Origin: Eledone cirrhosa | Lineage: Eukaryota | DNA length: 64,000 bases | Assembly: GCA_964016885.1 (NCBI GenBank) | Contig: OZ024742.1 | Span: forward strand, 343,232,001-343,296,000 | Direction: 5' to 3' | The notes under the pieces: generated by a model | The model's input: the letters and a program-made list of their open reading frames with translations, nothing else | What the model was told of the DNA's origin: nothing | Databases searched by the model: none | Made by a program: the position numbers and the translations under genes | Shown: one piece after another, positions 1 to 11,964 of the stretch | How the letters are laid out: every line of letters starts with the position of its first letter | Numbering within the stretch: position 1 is the stretch's first letter

Positions 1-336
1 AAGTTAATATCAGTTATATTCACTTTGTTTCTCCTTTGTTGCAACTCTTCTGGCATCACCTCTTGCTCAAAGTCTGAAATACATTTCTCTTGCTTTATGG
101 TTTTAGTCTTCTTCTTCGCCCACTTACCACATCTTCCTGTGAGAGTTTTGAGGGAATAGTCCTCAAAGGCTAGGCAGAACAAAATTTGTAACAGGACTGG
201 CCCCTTGAATTACAGGTCCAACTCATTTTTGCTAGCTGAATAAATTGGAGTTTCTTCTTCTTCACCCACTTATTCCTTAATAATGAGGGAGTTATTCTCT
301 CTTCTTTTCACCTTTGCCCACTTATCCCTGACAATA

Positions 337-565
337 TCTTCTTCTTCGCCCACTTATTTTTGAGAGGGTTGTGGGGACAGAGTCCTCAAACACTCCTTCC
401 AGTGGAATCTGTCAGAAGCAACCATCTCCAATTGATCCGGCTGGATCCCTAAGCAACACCAGCCAAGCTCATAGATGTTATCCAACCATCTTACTCGGGG
501 TCTACCCCTGGGTCTCCTGCCAGCTGGTTTTGCCTGTAAAATCTGTCCAGCGATTCTTTCCTGGT
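337..565 (-). mobile_element. 3' fragment of a third RTE-clade LINE family (RTE-C) with (GAA)n tail
   Basis: Minus-strand translation QERIAGQILQAKPAGRRPRGRPRVRWLDNI...KECLRTLSPQPSQK* (RTE C-terminal GRRPRGRP..RW.D motif). Tail TAAGTGGGCGAAGAAGAAG; the same tail recurs at ~108-127 and ~252-273, and the same family is on + at 56340-56800. Confidence 0.7.
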
Positions 566-780
566 ATCAAATAGGTAAAAACTATAAGTATGCCGAGAAA
601 GATACTAAAGTAGAAGAATCTTGGATAATTTCCAAAAATATAAACTCTGTTGTGTAATGGAGTTGCTGGAATAAGGTAAAGTTAGCTGTTTGGTGGTGCA
701 GAAACTGGGGGAAAATCTTGAAAGTTATAAAAATTCCTGCTTTCGTTATCTAGATATGAACAACACATGTACATGTCTGT

Positions 781-841
781 GTGTATATATATATATATAT
801 TATGTATAATCTGTGCTAAGAATAAAAACTTGCTCTACGGT

Positions 842-873
<32 letters not shown>

Positions 874-957
874 CACACACACAAACACACGTGTGTGTGT
901 GTAACTGACCAACACTTGCTTGCAAGGAAAGTCACTTAAGTGATGTTGATGATTATA

Positions 958-1027
<70 letters not shown>

Positions 1028-1190
1028 TAAATATGAGCGTTATTGATCTAATTAGACTACTAATCCTCAGCAAACACCCTAAGCCGCATGCTAACCTGTA
1101 CCTATGATTCCTGCCAAACAAAGGATACTTAAATATATATATATATATAAGAGAGAGAGAAACATAGATATTGTATATATATATACACAA
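781..1190. repeat. (TA)n/(TG)n/(CA)n microsatellite tract; similar tracts at 5450-5810, 6366-6570, 11385-11660, 17889-18221, 20990-21430, 63360-63450
   Basis: Directly visible dinucleotide runs; they generate the YIYI/CVCV ORFs in the track. Confidence 0.95.
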
Positions 1191-1328
1191 CGTGTGAGTT
1201 ATGTTAACTTACAATGACACTGTTGTGTTCTCTTTAATGGAATCTATTGCTAGCAGCACCAGTTTATCTCAAACAGCCATTGTTGCTGCTGGAATTGCTA
1301 CTACATATAGATATAAGCGTGCGTGGTC

Positions 1329-1850
1329 CTGTAAATCCTGATGGAGTCCTAGGGGCGCCTTATCGACATTTCTAGGACAAATTTTAAACTTGGCGGAGCT
1401 CATCTTATCCCAAGGACTGAATACAGCAGATTTCTTCAAGAGAAAGATAGAGAGTGAGAGAAAGTAAGAAAGAGATATAGAGGAAGAATTGATCCCAGTA
1501 CTAGACTGGTACTATATTTGTGTGTATATATAGACCCGTAACTCCTGAGGGTGTTGTAGTGGTGCCATATTGACATACACCATTTCTAGGGCATTTTAAA
1601 ACTTGGCGCAGCCCATCTCCTCCGAGTTTGAATATAGTAGATTTCTTCTAGAGAGGAGTGAAGAGTGAGAGAAAGTAAGAAAGAGATATAGAGGAAGAAT
1701 TGACCTCAGTACAAGACTGGTACATTTTTTTTATTGACCTCGAAACGATGAAAGGCACAGTTGACCTGAACAAGATTTGAATTCAGAAAGTAGAAATGAA
1801 TATTGCAGTGCATTCTATCTGATGCTGTAATGGCTCGAATTCACCACCTT
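1329..1850. repeat. Diverged ~210-bp tandem duplication joined to a minus-strand SINE fragment
   Basis: CATTTCTAGG..TTTTAAACTTGGCG..GAGTGAGAGAAAGTAAGAAAGAGATATAGAGGAAGAATTGA..GACTGGTAC occurs at ~1367-1512 and ~1581-1723; related sequence near 51340-51640. Confidence 0.65.
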
Positions 1851-2006
1851 CAATGATATAAAATGATATAAAATTACCTTCTTTTAAAGTGTTCATACCT
1901 ATATTAGAACCAACCATCATAATTTGACCTAAGAAATATTTGTTATATAATGTTCAAAACATCAGTTTGCTAATGAAAAAGTCAGATATTTTACTAAATT
2001 TCTCAA

Positions 2007-2412
2007 TCATCATCATCATCATCATCATTGTGTAACGTCTATCTTCTACGCTAGCATGGGTTAGATGGGAATTGTCCCACTTGAGGCAAGATTGATCGGG
2101 TGACTGTCTCGCTTGTATAGGACTATCTGGTAGGTTTTCTATGGCGGGATGCCCTTCCTAACACCAACCACATTTACAGTGTGGACTGGGAACTTTTTAC
2201 CATGTTACCTATCATCCTCATCATCACCGTTTTACATCCGTTCTTCCACGTTAGCATGGGTTAGATGGGTTGTCCTGTTGTGAGCAGTGTCCAGTCGGCT
2301 GACCTTGCTTGCTTATACAGGAACTGATTCTGGCTTGATTTCTACAGCTGGATGCCCTTCCTAACACCAATCTCATTTACAGTGAGTGCTGGGTGCTTTT
2401 TTCCGTGGCGCC
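2007..2412 (-). mobile_element. Two adjacent short RTE 3' ends (subfamily A ~2007-2212, subfamily B ~2213-2412)
   Basis: Each has a (CAT)n tail on + followed by sequence matching the 3' UTRs of the long RTE copies (e.g. 38680-38880 and 11690-11865). Confidence 0.8.
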
Positions 2413-4048
2413 CATATTCTTGATTATTTTCAAAATTAATTAAAACACATTAACAATATCTATCATTAGAAATATGGTAATGAAAGGGTTAACAGTGTCT
2501 TGTGTAGACATTGAGCAATACCTAGATGGGCTACATTTTAGATTCTGTGTAGATTTGTGATTCCTGGTATAGATTTTATGGTTTTGTTTACAATCTTGTT
2601 TATCATATCCAGTGCTCCAGTTTTTATTGGTGTTGTTTTGACTCTCACGCCCTGCAGTATTGCAACTGGAGCATATTTTATTCTAGGCCTGCTCAGCCAG
2701 GTTTAACCTAAGACTAAATAATCTGCTAATGAGGGAGACTTTACTCTTGGTTACTTGACCTAGCAGCCAAACTTCCTTCAAATCACATTTATTGTGTTAA
2801 AAAGAGAAAAGACATAAAGCATGTCTTTGTTGTGTTTCATCTCCTTCTCCATTCAAATATTAAGGGTAAAAACAAAGTATTAAAACTATGTGACTAGAAC
2901 ACCATCCTTAAAAAAAAATAGTTGTGCAGAGAGAAATCTGTATTTATTATCTGGAGATTTTTCAGTTTGTTAAGGACCATCGTTGTTCAAGTAGTTGTAC
3001 TTTTACTCTGTACTTAGAACTTAACATAACCTTTCACCTATCCTTCCTACTTGACCTAAACATTAAAGCTTACTTTTTTGAGCCAGTGACAGAGAAGCCT
3101 CTACATACAGGAATGTACTCCTAGAAATAGAAGCTAAATTTCCCTCAATTCACAAACCCTCCATCAAAACTAATTGAACAGTATTTGGCATATTGGCTCC
3201 GTCATTGGAGCATTGAACAAAATGTTTTGCAGTATTTGCTAGAGTTTTCTTAGACCAAATCCTGCTGAGCTTCATCCTTTCACAGCCTATAAAATACCAA
3301 TCAAAGATGGCAAATTAGCAGAATTGTTAGTGCACTGAACGAGATTCATTGCAGAATTTGTTCCGGCTCTTTGTATTGAGTTCTTAGATGGTAGACATAA
3401 TCCATTGTCCGGTTTTAAGACCATTATGTGGTTCTTAAGTGTCTACTCCATTACAAGCATTCTGGGCAATTTTCTAGTTTCAGAAAACTTCTCCCCCCCC
3501 CCCCCCCCCCCCATCTTATCAGCATTGGAGTCCTTAAGAATTAAAAACGTCACATGAGTGCTGACCTTCTCTGTGTCACTAAGTGGTAGAAAAATATATA
3601 TCTTTCCTATTTTAAAGTTAGCATTTGAGTGAGATTTGTCTGTTATAACAAGTTCGGTGGCCATTTAGAGGATTTTATGTCTAAAAAATATGGTGATGGT
3701 CATGGCTGGAATGCTTTTTAGCATTCAACTGCTTGATCATGTTTTATCAGGTGCTAAATTAAATGAATAAAATGAGTTAACGAAGGCAGTAAACTCCATG
3801 TGGTTCCCTGACTTGCTGGAACTAGCAGCCAAATTCCCTTTAAATTGGGGGAAAAGTTGAGTTCAAACTGGCAAAGAATACTACACATTGTGTGTGTGTG
3901 TGTGTGTGTGTATGTATATATATATATATATCAAGATAAGCAGAACAAGTAAAATTCAACCAATTTTTCAAAATAAATCAAAATTAATATACAATTAAAA
4001 TTAATCAAAATTAAAAAATATAATATAAATATTTACCTATTCAAATGG

Positions 4049-4128
4049 CCCTAACTGTACAGTTTCACGTTGCAAAACATTAGATATCACGTGGATATTA
4101 ATGGAAAAGCAAAGATCATCAGAGAAGC
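4049..4128 (-). ncRNA. Type I hammerhead ribozyme-like motif with long stem II, within a probable Penelope pseudo-LTR (~3931-4570)
   Basis: Minus strand: gcttct CTGATGA t[ctttgc..catta atatc cacgt gatat c taatg..gcaacg]t GAAAC tgtaca GTT agggc. Core intact, palindromic stem III (AACTGTACAGTT), imperfect stem I. Confidence 0.55.
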
Positions 4129-4621
4129 ATTTTCCTATCCTAGGGTTAAAAACCCCAGGAACGATAAAATATATGACCTCACTCCAACTAATATGTATAT
4201 ATAAATATATATTCAGCGAGAATCGTATTTCGGCTGGTAGAAAAAGCGAAACGAAACGCTCAATAGTTAAGAAAAACTAGAGCTAAACAATATGTTAAAA
4301 CGCCATACAAACTGAAAAGTGGTCAAGAAGGCATTAACCACCTAAGCCAAAAAACAAGTCAAGTTAAACAGGTCAAACAAAATAAATGATACAAACAGAC
4401 CTGGACCCAAATGGAAATAATGGTAAAATCCAAATGCAGGGTTTCTATGACACCTAAATCAATAATACTGTCTGCTTAAAATTATAAACTTTCAGCATAA
4501 AGATCGAACAAGAAATATCACGTTATCAACAGGTATTTTGTTCTTTAACCAACTTTGTGAGTGACGCAGAACCTTGTATAGGCACATGCATAAGTCACAT
4601 ATTCATATACATACATATACA

Positions 4622-5066
4622 TATGGCAATTGCAATTGCCCTGATAAGACTACTTGCCCCCTCAACAACAACTGTCTAAAAAAATATCTTGTCTATATAT
4701 GCAATGTACTCTCAGGCCCCGATGAAAAAAGAAACTCGTACATCGGGATGACTTCTAACAGTTTTAAGACTCGCTGGTACGCCCACACACATTCGTTCCG
4801 GCGCCCAGACAAATCTAACCAAACAACACTCGCCGCCCACATCTGGCACCTTAAAAGGAACTCCATCCCCTTCAAGACCCAATGGAGACTACTCCAGAGA
4901 GCGCGATCTTACACGGGAGGCCATAATTGCTGTGACCTCTGTATCTCCGAGAGCTATGAGATTCTATTCGCCAAAGGCCCTCTCCTCAACAAGATCTCGG
5001 AACACTCCCCTAATTGCATGCACAAGAACTATGCAAATTACAAAAACTACAGACCCACCTGGCCCC
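4622..5066 (+). pseudogene. Penelope-like element GIY-YIG endonuclease fragment (Naiad/Chlamys-like), 5'-truncated
   Basis: Within ORF 4574-5176: CNCPDKTTCPLNNNC-LVY..SYIGMT..FKTRW..H..TTLAAHIWHLK..CDLCISE..LLNK..CMHKN. The upstream CxC..CPL..C and the CxxC insert fit this PLE group; the ORF N-terminus is microsatellite-derived. Confidence 0.85.
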
Positions 5067-5296
5067 CCCGATTGACACCCCCCCCCCATATCACCATCCC
5101 ACTTCCGTCCCTCCATCTCTCATTATTACCTTCTTTCCTCCCCTCTAGGTCTTTATATTGTGTTGTATGCCTCTGAGTAAGGTTCCGTGGCTGCACACAC
5201 ACATTCACGTATATATCTGCTCATGCTTGCATTTGTGCAGTTATGGACTGCTGCACGCACACGTTCAAGATTTATTTATTTATATATTTATTTGTT

Positions 5297-5327
<31 letters not shown>

Positions 5328-5532
5328 TAATGGTAAATAATAAATAATAATTATTTACTTGATGATAATATTAATAATTTAGTAGTGATAATAAATATTT
5401 TAATCTTTTATCAGGCTCAGTTTATAATTTGTCCCACTACTTTTTCCCAATATATATAGATACATATATGTGTGTGAACGAGTGCGTATATGTGTATGTA
5501 TTTGTATGTGTGTATGTGTATATATGTGTATA

Positions 5533-5587
<55 letters not shown>

Positions 5588-6310
5588 ATGTATGTGTGTG
5601 TGTATGTGTATGTATGTGTGTGTATATGTATGTATATGTATGTATAGAATAGTTTATACCAAGAGACATACATACATGTATATACATATATATATATATA
5701 TATATATGTATATATGTGTGTGTGTGTGTATGTGCTTTTTTGTGTGTGTATATATATATATATATGTATAGATATACATATATATATGTGTGTAAGTGTT
5801 TATGTATGTGGTTGTGAGTATGTAAATATATTTTATTCTTTTCATTCTACAAAAACACTCTGGCCACCTGTAGCTTGTATGTTAACTTGACCACTCACCA
5901 TAGAACAATGGTCTGTGCCATGATTCGGTCTTGTTTATCTTCTAATACCAACCCACCTAAAAAAATGTCCCTACTATATATCTGTTGAATTACTATTCTT
6001 GGGGTTTTTATTTATTTATTCATTTATTTATTTATTTATTTATTTACTTTTTCTTTCTCTTTTTCTTTCTCTTTTTCTTTCTCTTTTTCTTTCTCTTTTT
6101 CTTTCTCTTTCTCTTTTTCTTTTTTTTTTCTTTTTATTTTACAAAAGCACTCCGGCTAATTGACCACTCCTCAAAGAAAAAACGGTCTGTGCCATGTTAT
6201 GGTCCTGTGTATCTAAATACCAACCTACCCAAAAAATCCCCCCCCCCCAGCCACCACCCCTCCCTTACCACTACCTAAATGTATAAATACCAGAACTTAA
6301 TATGACACCC

Positions 6311-6361
6311 AGCTTCCTGAAGATTTCATCTGAATGAAACAGTTCTAGTCCTGTAGAAGCT
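6311..6361 (+). ncRNA. Type I hammerhead ribozyme motif at the 3' end of the Penelope remnant
   Basis: agcttc CTGAAGA t ttc atct gaa t GAAA cag ttctagtc ctg TA gaagct: perfect 6-bp stem I, 3-bp stem II, stem III ACAG/CTGT, GUA cleavage triplet. Lies downstream of the GIY-YIG ORF on the same strand. Confidence 0.7.
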
Positions 6362-6574
6362 CCTTCTATACAATAAATATATATGTATATATATATATGT
6401 ATATGAATATGTATATATATGTATATATATATATATATATGTATATGAATAGGTATATGTATGTATATGTATATATATATATGTATGTATATGTATATAT
6501 ATATCTATGTATGTATATGTATAAATATGTATATGTATATATATATGTATATATGTATATGTATATATAATGTA

Positions 6575-9500
6575 AATCTATTGCTAAAACAAATCTGCAT
6601 TTTTTGTTATCATTAATTGTTAGATACGAGAGTTTTTGTCGTATTGAACAGAACAAATCTTGTATTTTTGTTAATCGCTTGTTAAATACAAGGACCTCAT
6701 TCAATCATTACCTTCAATCCTTTCCTATCTCTTCTTCTTATAAATTCCTTAATTCCTTAATTCTAGCGTATTTTCAAAACAAAACAAAATCCTTTTCCTT
6801 CTTTCGAAAACTCTAAACTCCCGCTTCTACTAGCCCTCGACCCCCCTCCCCCCCCCCACCCTCTACTTCACGAGGGCATGGCGGTCAACCACCCCAATAC
6901 CTACATCATGCGGCCAAACTTCTCTCTCTCTCCCCCTCCCCCTCTCTCTCTCTTAGCTATATATATATATATAAGATAGTAATCACTTTCGTCAAATTTC
7001 ATTGCTGCTTCCTTCCACGGTATATCATGTAACGTAATGTACATATTTTTCTATCATCTCCACCTCCACACTTCTATTTCGTACCCAGTCCAAACATCCA
7101 ATCTATTGCTAAAACAAATCTGCATTTTTTGTTATCATTAATTGTTAGATACGAGAGTTTTTGTCGTATTAAACAGAACAAATCTTGTATTTTTGTTAAT
7201 CGCTTGTTAAATACAAGGACCTCATTCAATCATTACCTTCTAGCTAGCTACCCAACACCCCTCCCTCCCGCCCCCACGTACCACCATTGTTATTACGTGG
7301 ACCAATCATAAGCCAGAGCCCCCACGCATCACCATTATTATTATTACGCGGACCAATCATAAGCCAGAGGCCTATACTATCGCTTGCCTGGTTGCCTTTC
7401 GATATATAATGGATGGATGGACTGCGGAATCCTGGAGAGTGGAGGAGAGAGAGAAAAATCTGGACGCTCAGCGACAATGCCAAAGATAAAGACAAATTCA
7501 CCTCGTGGACGAGAATGCGAGCACTCCTCCTCTTTGTTTCGACCGCGGACGGCTAACATAACCCCATCGCCCCCCACCCCCAAACGCAATCCTAAACTTC
7601 AGAGTTGGTACCATAAATGTAGGCACCTTAAAGGGTCGCGCTAACGAGGTTGTAGAAATACTTGAACGTAAGGAGGTCGATGTTTGTTGTATTCAAGAGA
7701 CCAGGTGGAGGGGTGGGTCTGCTAGATTCATTGAGGGTAAAAAACGATGTTATAAGCTTTTCTGGGCGGGAAACGATGATGGGCTGGGTGGAGTAGGAAT
7801 CATGGTAGCAGAAAAGTGGGCAGATAAGATAATAGACGTAAATAGAGTGAACGACAGAATAATTAAAATAAGACTTGTCCTCAATAGAACTACAGTGACA
7901 GTAATATCTGCGTACGCACCCCAATCCGGACTGCCCGGCACTATAAATGACAGATTCTATGAGACACTGATGCTCACTACCTCCCAAATAACCGACAGTG
8001 ATTATATAATTATCACAGGCGACCTAAATGGTCACGTTCGACAACATTGTGACGGCTACGACGAAATCCATGGAGGCTATGGGTTTGGTACTAGAAATGA
8101 GGAAGGCTCCAGAATCCTGGAATTCTGTGACGCAAATAACCTAACTATCTGTAACACTAACTTCAAAAAACGTGACAATCACCTGATCACCTATAGATCC
8201 GGGGAACACACAAGCCAGGTAGATTATATCCTTACCAGAAGACGTGACAGAATGTCTGTTGTAAACACTAAATCCCTCCCCCACGAAGAATGCACCTCCC
8301 AACATAGACTGATAATTAGCGACCTCATAGTCAGGACGAGACGTACTCGACAACAGAAGAGGACTATCCTCAGGAGAAAAATATGGAAGCTAAAGGACCC
8401 CACAGCCAAAAATAAATTTCAAAGCATATTACTTGATGCTTTCGATGCTTTCGACAGTAAGGAAGAGCATTTAGAGTCGGACAATATAGAGGGACAGTGG
8501 GAATTTCTGAAAGCAAACCTGCTGATGGCGACAGACGAAGTCTGTGGCTGGAGCAGGCCTGTAGGCAGGAGGAGAGTAACATGGTGGTGGAACAGTAGGG
8601 TGGAGGGGTCAATTAAGGCCAAAAAGCAGGCTTGGAAAGTATGGCGGGATGGGGGAAGTAGAGAAGACTATCAAGTGGCCAGGAGGGAGGCTAGGAGACA
8701 AGTGTACTTCGCAAGAAGGGAAGCAGAGGAAAGAAAGTTCAAGCATGTTCTACAACGCGAGGACCAAAAACGTGAGGTGTTCAGGATTGCTAGACAATGT
8801 GTCAAAGAAAACCGTGATATTGTCGGGGAGAAGTGTGTACTTAATGATGACGGCGTACTTGCCATCACCGACGCTGATAAGAAGGTAGCTTGGAAGTGTC
8901 ACTATGAAAGGCTACTAAATGAGGAGAATAAATGGGAGAAAGACAGTCTCCCCCACATCGACCCAATAGAGGGACCAGCAGTGTTAGTCGAGGGTAGTAT
9001 AATAAGTAAGGCAATCAAGGATATGAAGACGGGTAAGGTGGCTGGGCCTTCGGAAATAGTTGCTGAGATGCTGAAGGCATCTGGCACGGTGGGACACACC
9101 TTGGTCACCCGGATAGTTAACCAAGTCGTACAGAATGGGGTTGTTCCGAAGGACTGGCATAGCAGCATCATCGTTAACTGTTATAAGGGTAAAGGAGATG
9201 CCCTAGATAGGAGTAACTATAGAGGCATTAAATTAATCGACCAGGTCATGAAGGTCATGGAAAAAGTAATAGCGCAACTAATCAGAGAGAGAATTGACCT
9301 AGATGAAATGCAGTTCGGGTTTGTGTCAGGCAAAAGTACCACAGACGCTCTTTTCATTGTACGTCAACTACAGGAGAAGTACCTAGCTAAAGGTAAACCC
9401 CTCTACTTAGCTTTTGTCGACTTGGAGAAAGCCTTCGACAGAGTCCCCCGTTCCATTATCTGGTGGGCCCTTAGAAAACTTAGTGTCGACGAATGGCTTG

Positions 9501-11038
9501 TGAGAGCTATACAAGCCATGTATAAAGAAACAGTCAGCATGGTTAGAATTAACAACGAATATAGTGAAGAGTTTAGCGTAAAAGTTGGCGTCCATCAGGG
9601 CTCTGTTCTCAGCCCCCTACTATTTATTATTGCCCTTCAGGCTATAACAGAGGAGTTCAAGACCGGCTGCCCATGGGAACTCCTATACGCAGATGATCTA
9701 ACGCTCATAGCTGAATCAATGACTGAACTAGAGAAGAAATTCCAAACATGGAAGCACGGCCTAGAATCAAAAGGCCTTAAAATTAACCTGGCTAAGACTA
9801 AAGTTCTAGTTTGTAGGAAAGAAAATAAGGCGGCGGTCCCTTCCGGGAAATGGCCATGCTCAGTGTGTAGGAAAGGTGTAGGTAAAAACTCCATTTTATG
9901 TCCCAAATGCAAAGTATGGGTGCATAAAAGATGTAGTGGGATCACAGGTAAGCTAACTAAGAACTTAGATTTTACATGTGGGCGGTGCTCTGGTGCAATA
10001 AGTAGCAGCGAGTGCCCACAAAATACTAACTCTTTCAATTGCGCAGAGGGCTCTATAGAAATAGTGGACAGCTTCCGTTACCTGGGTGACAAAATCAGCA
10101 GTGGGGGAGGGTGCTCTGAAAGTACAGTAGCTAGAGTCAGAACTAAATGGAAAAAGTTCAGAGAGCTTATACCACTATTAGCCGCTAAAGGGTTCTCCCT
10201 AAAAATGAAAGGCAGGTTGTATGATGCCTGCATACGAACAGCAATGTTGCATGGCAGTGAGACCTGGGCATTGTGTGCAGAGGATATACGCAGACTAGAG
10301 AGGAACGAAGCTTGCATGCTCCGCTGGATGTGTAATAGTAATATACGTGAACGCAAAGCATAAACGAACTAAGGAAAAAATTAGAAATAAGAGGGATCAG
10401 ATGTTGTTTACTCGAGAGAAGGCTACGTTGGTATGGTCACGTGATGCGCATGAAAGTCGATAGCTGTATAACAAAGTGCAGGGCAATAAAGATAGACGGT
10501 AGCCACGGAATAGGCAGACCTAGAAAATCCTGGGACGAGCTGATAAACTCCGACCTCACACACTTACACCTCTCCAAGACAATGTCACTGGACCGAGACC
10601 TTTGGCGGTACTCAGTAATAGAGAAGACCCGCCTTACCTAAATACATAGTAAAACCTACTACAGCCAGTAGGCATCTCTAACAAAATACAGCCCCGTCCC
10701 ACCACCCACACCCATCCACACCACCCCCTCCTATGTAAAGTTATGCTGGTGCCACAACATCCAGGCCGAAACAAATGAGATCGTGTAGGTGTCACGACAA
10801 AAAACACACAGTCCACGCTGTAATGTGGCCGTGTAGGCAACACGGTAAAAACCTCCCAGTCCCACACTGTAAATGTGGTTGGTGTTAGGAAGGGCATCCA
10901 ACTGTAGAAAACCTGCCAGATAGTCCTATGCGAGCAAGACAATCACTCTTGCCTCAAGTGGGAATACCCCCGTCCAATCCTATGCAAGCGTGGAACACGG
11001 ACGTTAAACATTGATGATGATGATGATGATGATGATGA
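6575..11038 (+). mobile_element. Near full-length RTE LINE, subfamily A (copy A1): APE endonuclease + RT with PHD finger, two frameshifts
   Basis: ATG at 7477; frameshift near the C-runs at ~7560-7581; ORF 7802-10363 (SAYAPQ, GDLNGH, DLEKAFD, HQGSVLSP, YADD); 1-nt loss near 10352; C-terminus ends 10641. Tail ACGTTAAACATT(GAT)n; duplicated 5' block at 6575-6716 and 7101-7240. Confidence 0.93.
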
Positions 11039-11065
11039 TATGTATGTATATGTATATATTTATAT

Positions 11066-11372
11066 AAGGCACATGGCTTAGTGGTTAGAGCATTGGCCTT
11101 GCAATCGAAAGGTTGTGAGTTCAATTCTCAGACCAGGGGATGTGTTGTTTCCTTGAGCAAGACAATTTATTTCACATTGCTCCAGTTTACTCAGCTGTAG
11201 AAATGAGATGAACGGAATGATAGGGACCCTAGTCCCTATCATTCCACTGAAAAGTGGTCATGGAGGTGCCACAGCAAAAAAGCACCCAGCACTCACTGTA
11301 AATGAGGTTGGTGTTAGGAAGAGCATCCAGCTGTAGAAATCAAGCCAGAATCAGTTCCCGTCCCACCCTTGC
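11066..11372 (+). mobile_element. tRNA-derived SINE with a 3' part matching the RTE-B 3' UTR; other copies at 18224-18473 (+) and 44150-44321 (-)
   Basis: A box TGGCTTAGTGG, B box GAGTTCAATTC, core CCTTGAGCAAGACA..CTCCAGTTTACTCAGCTG. Then GCACCCAGCACTCACTGTAAATGAGGTTGGTGTTAGGAAG, matching the reverse complement of ~11810-11850. Confidence 0.8.
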
Positions 11373-11964
11373 AAGCAGAGAAAAGCTGTATATATATGTA
11401 TTTGTATGTATATATATGTATACGTATATATATGTATATGTATATATATGTATACGTATATATATGTATACATATGTATATGTATATATATATGCATACG
11501 TATATATATGTATATATCTATATGTATATATATGTATACGTATATATATGTATACGTATAGATATGTATACGTATATATATATGTATATGTATGTATATA
11601 TATGTATACGTATATATATATATCTATATGTATATATATGTATAGATATGTATACGTATAGATCATCATCATCATCATCACCATTTTACGTCCGTTCTTC
11701 CACGCTAGCATGGGTTAGACGGGTTGTCCTGTTGTGGGCAGTGTCTGGTCGGCTGACCATGCCTTGCTCATACAGGAACTGATCTGGCTTGATTTCTACA
11801 GCTGGATGCCCTTCCTAACACCAACCTCATTTACAGTGAGTGCTGGGTGCTTTTTCGTGGCGCCTACACGTCCACTTTACAGTGTGGGCTGGGTGCTTTT
11901 TTGCCGTGGCACCTCCACGACCACCTTGCGGTGGGGGGGGGGGGGGGCATATTGTTTATATGCT

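Noticed and set aside
5400-5845. Many ORFs rich in YI/CV/HT (also at 841, 11302, 17876, 20970, 26115, 58808-60333)
   Set aside because: Translations of microsatellites or satellites, not genes.
11066-11140. tRNA genes at SINE heads
   Set aside because: A and B boxes are present but there is no complete cloverleaf, and each continues into a SINE body.
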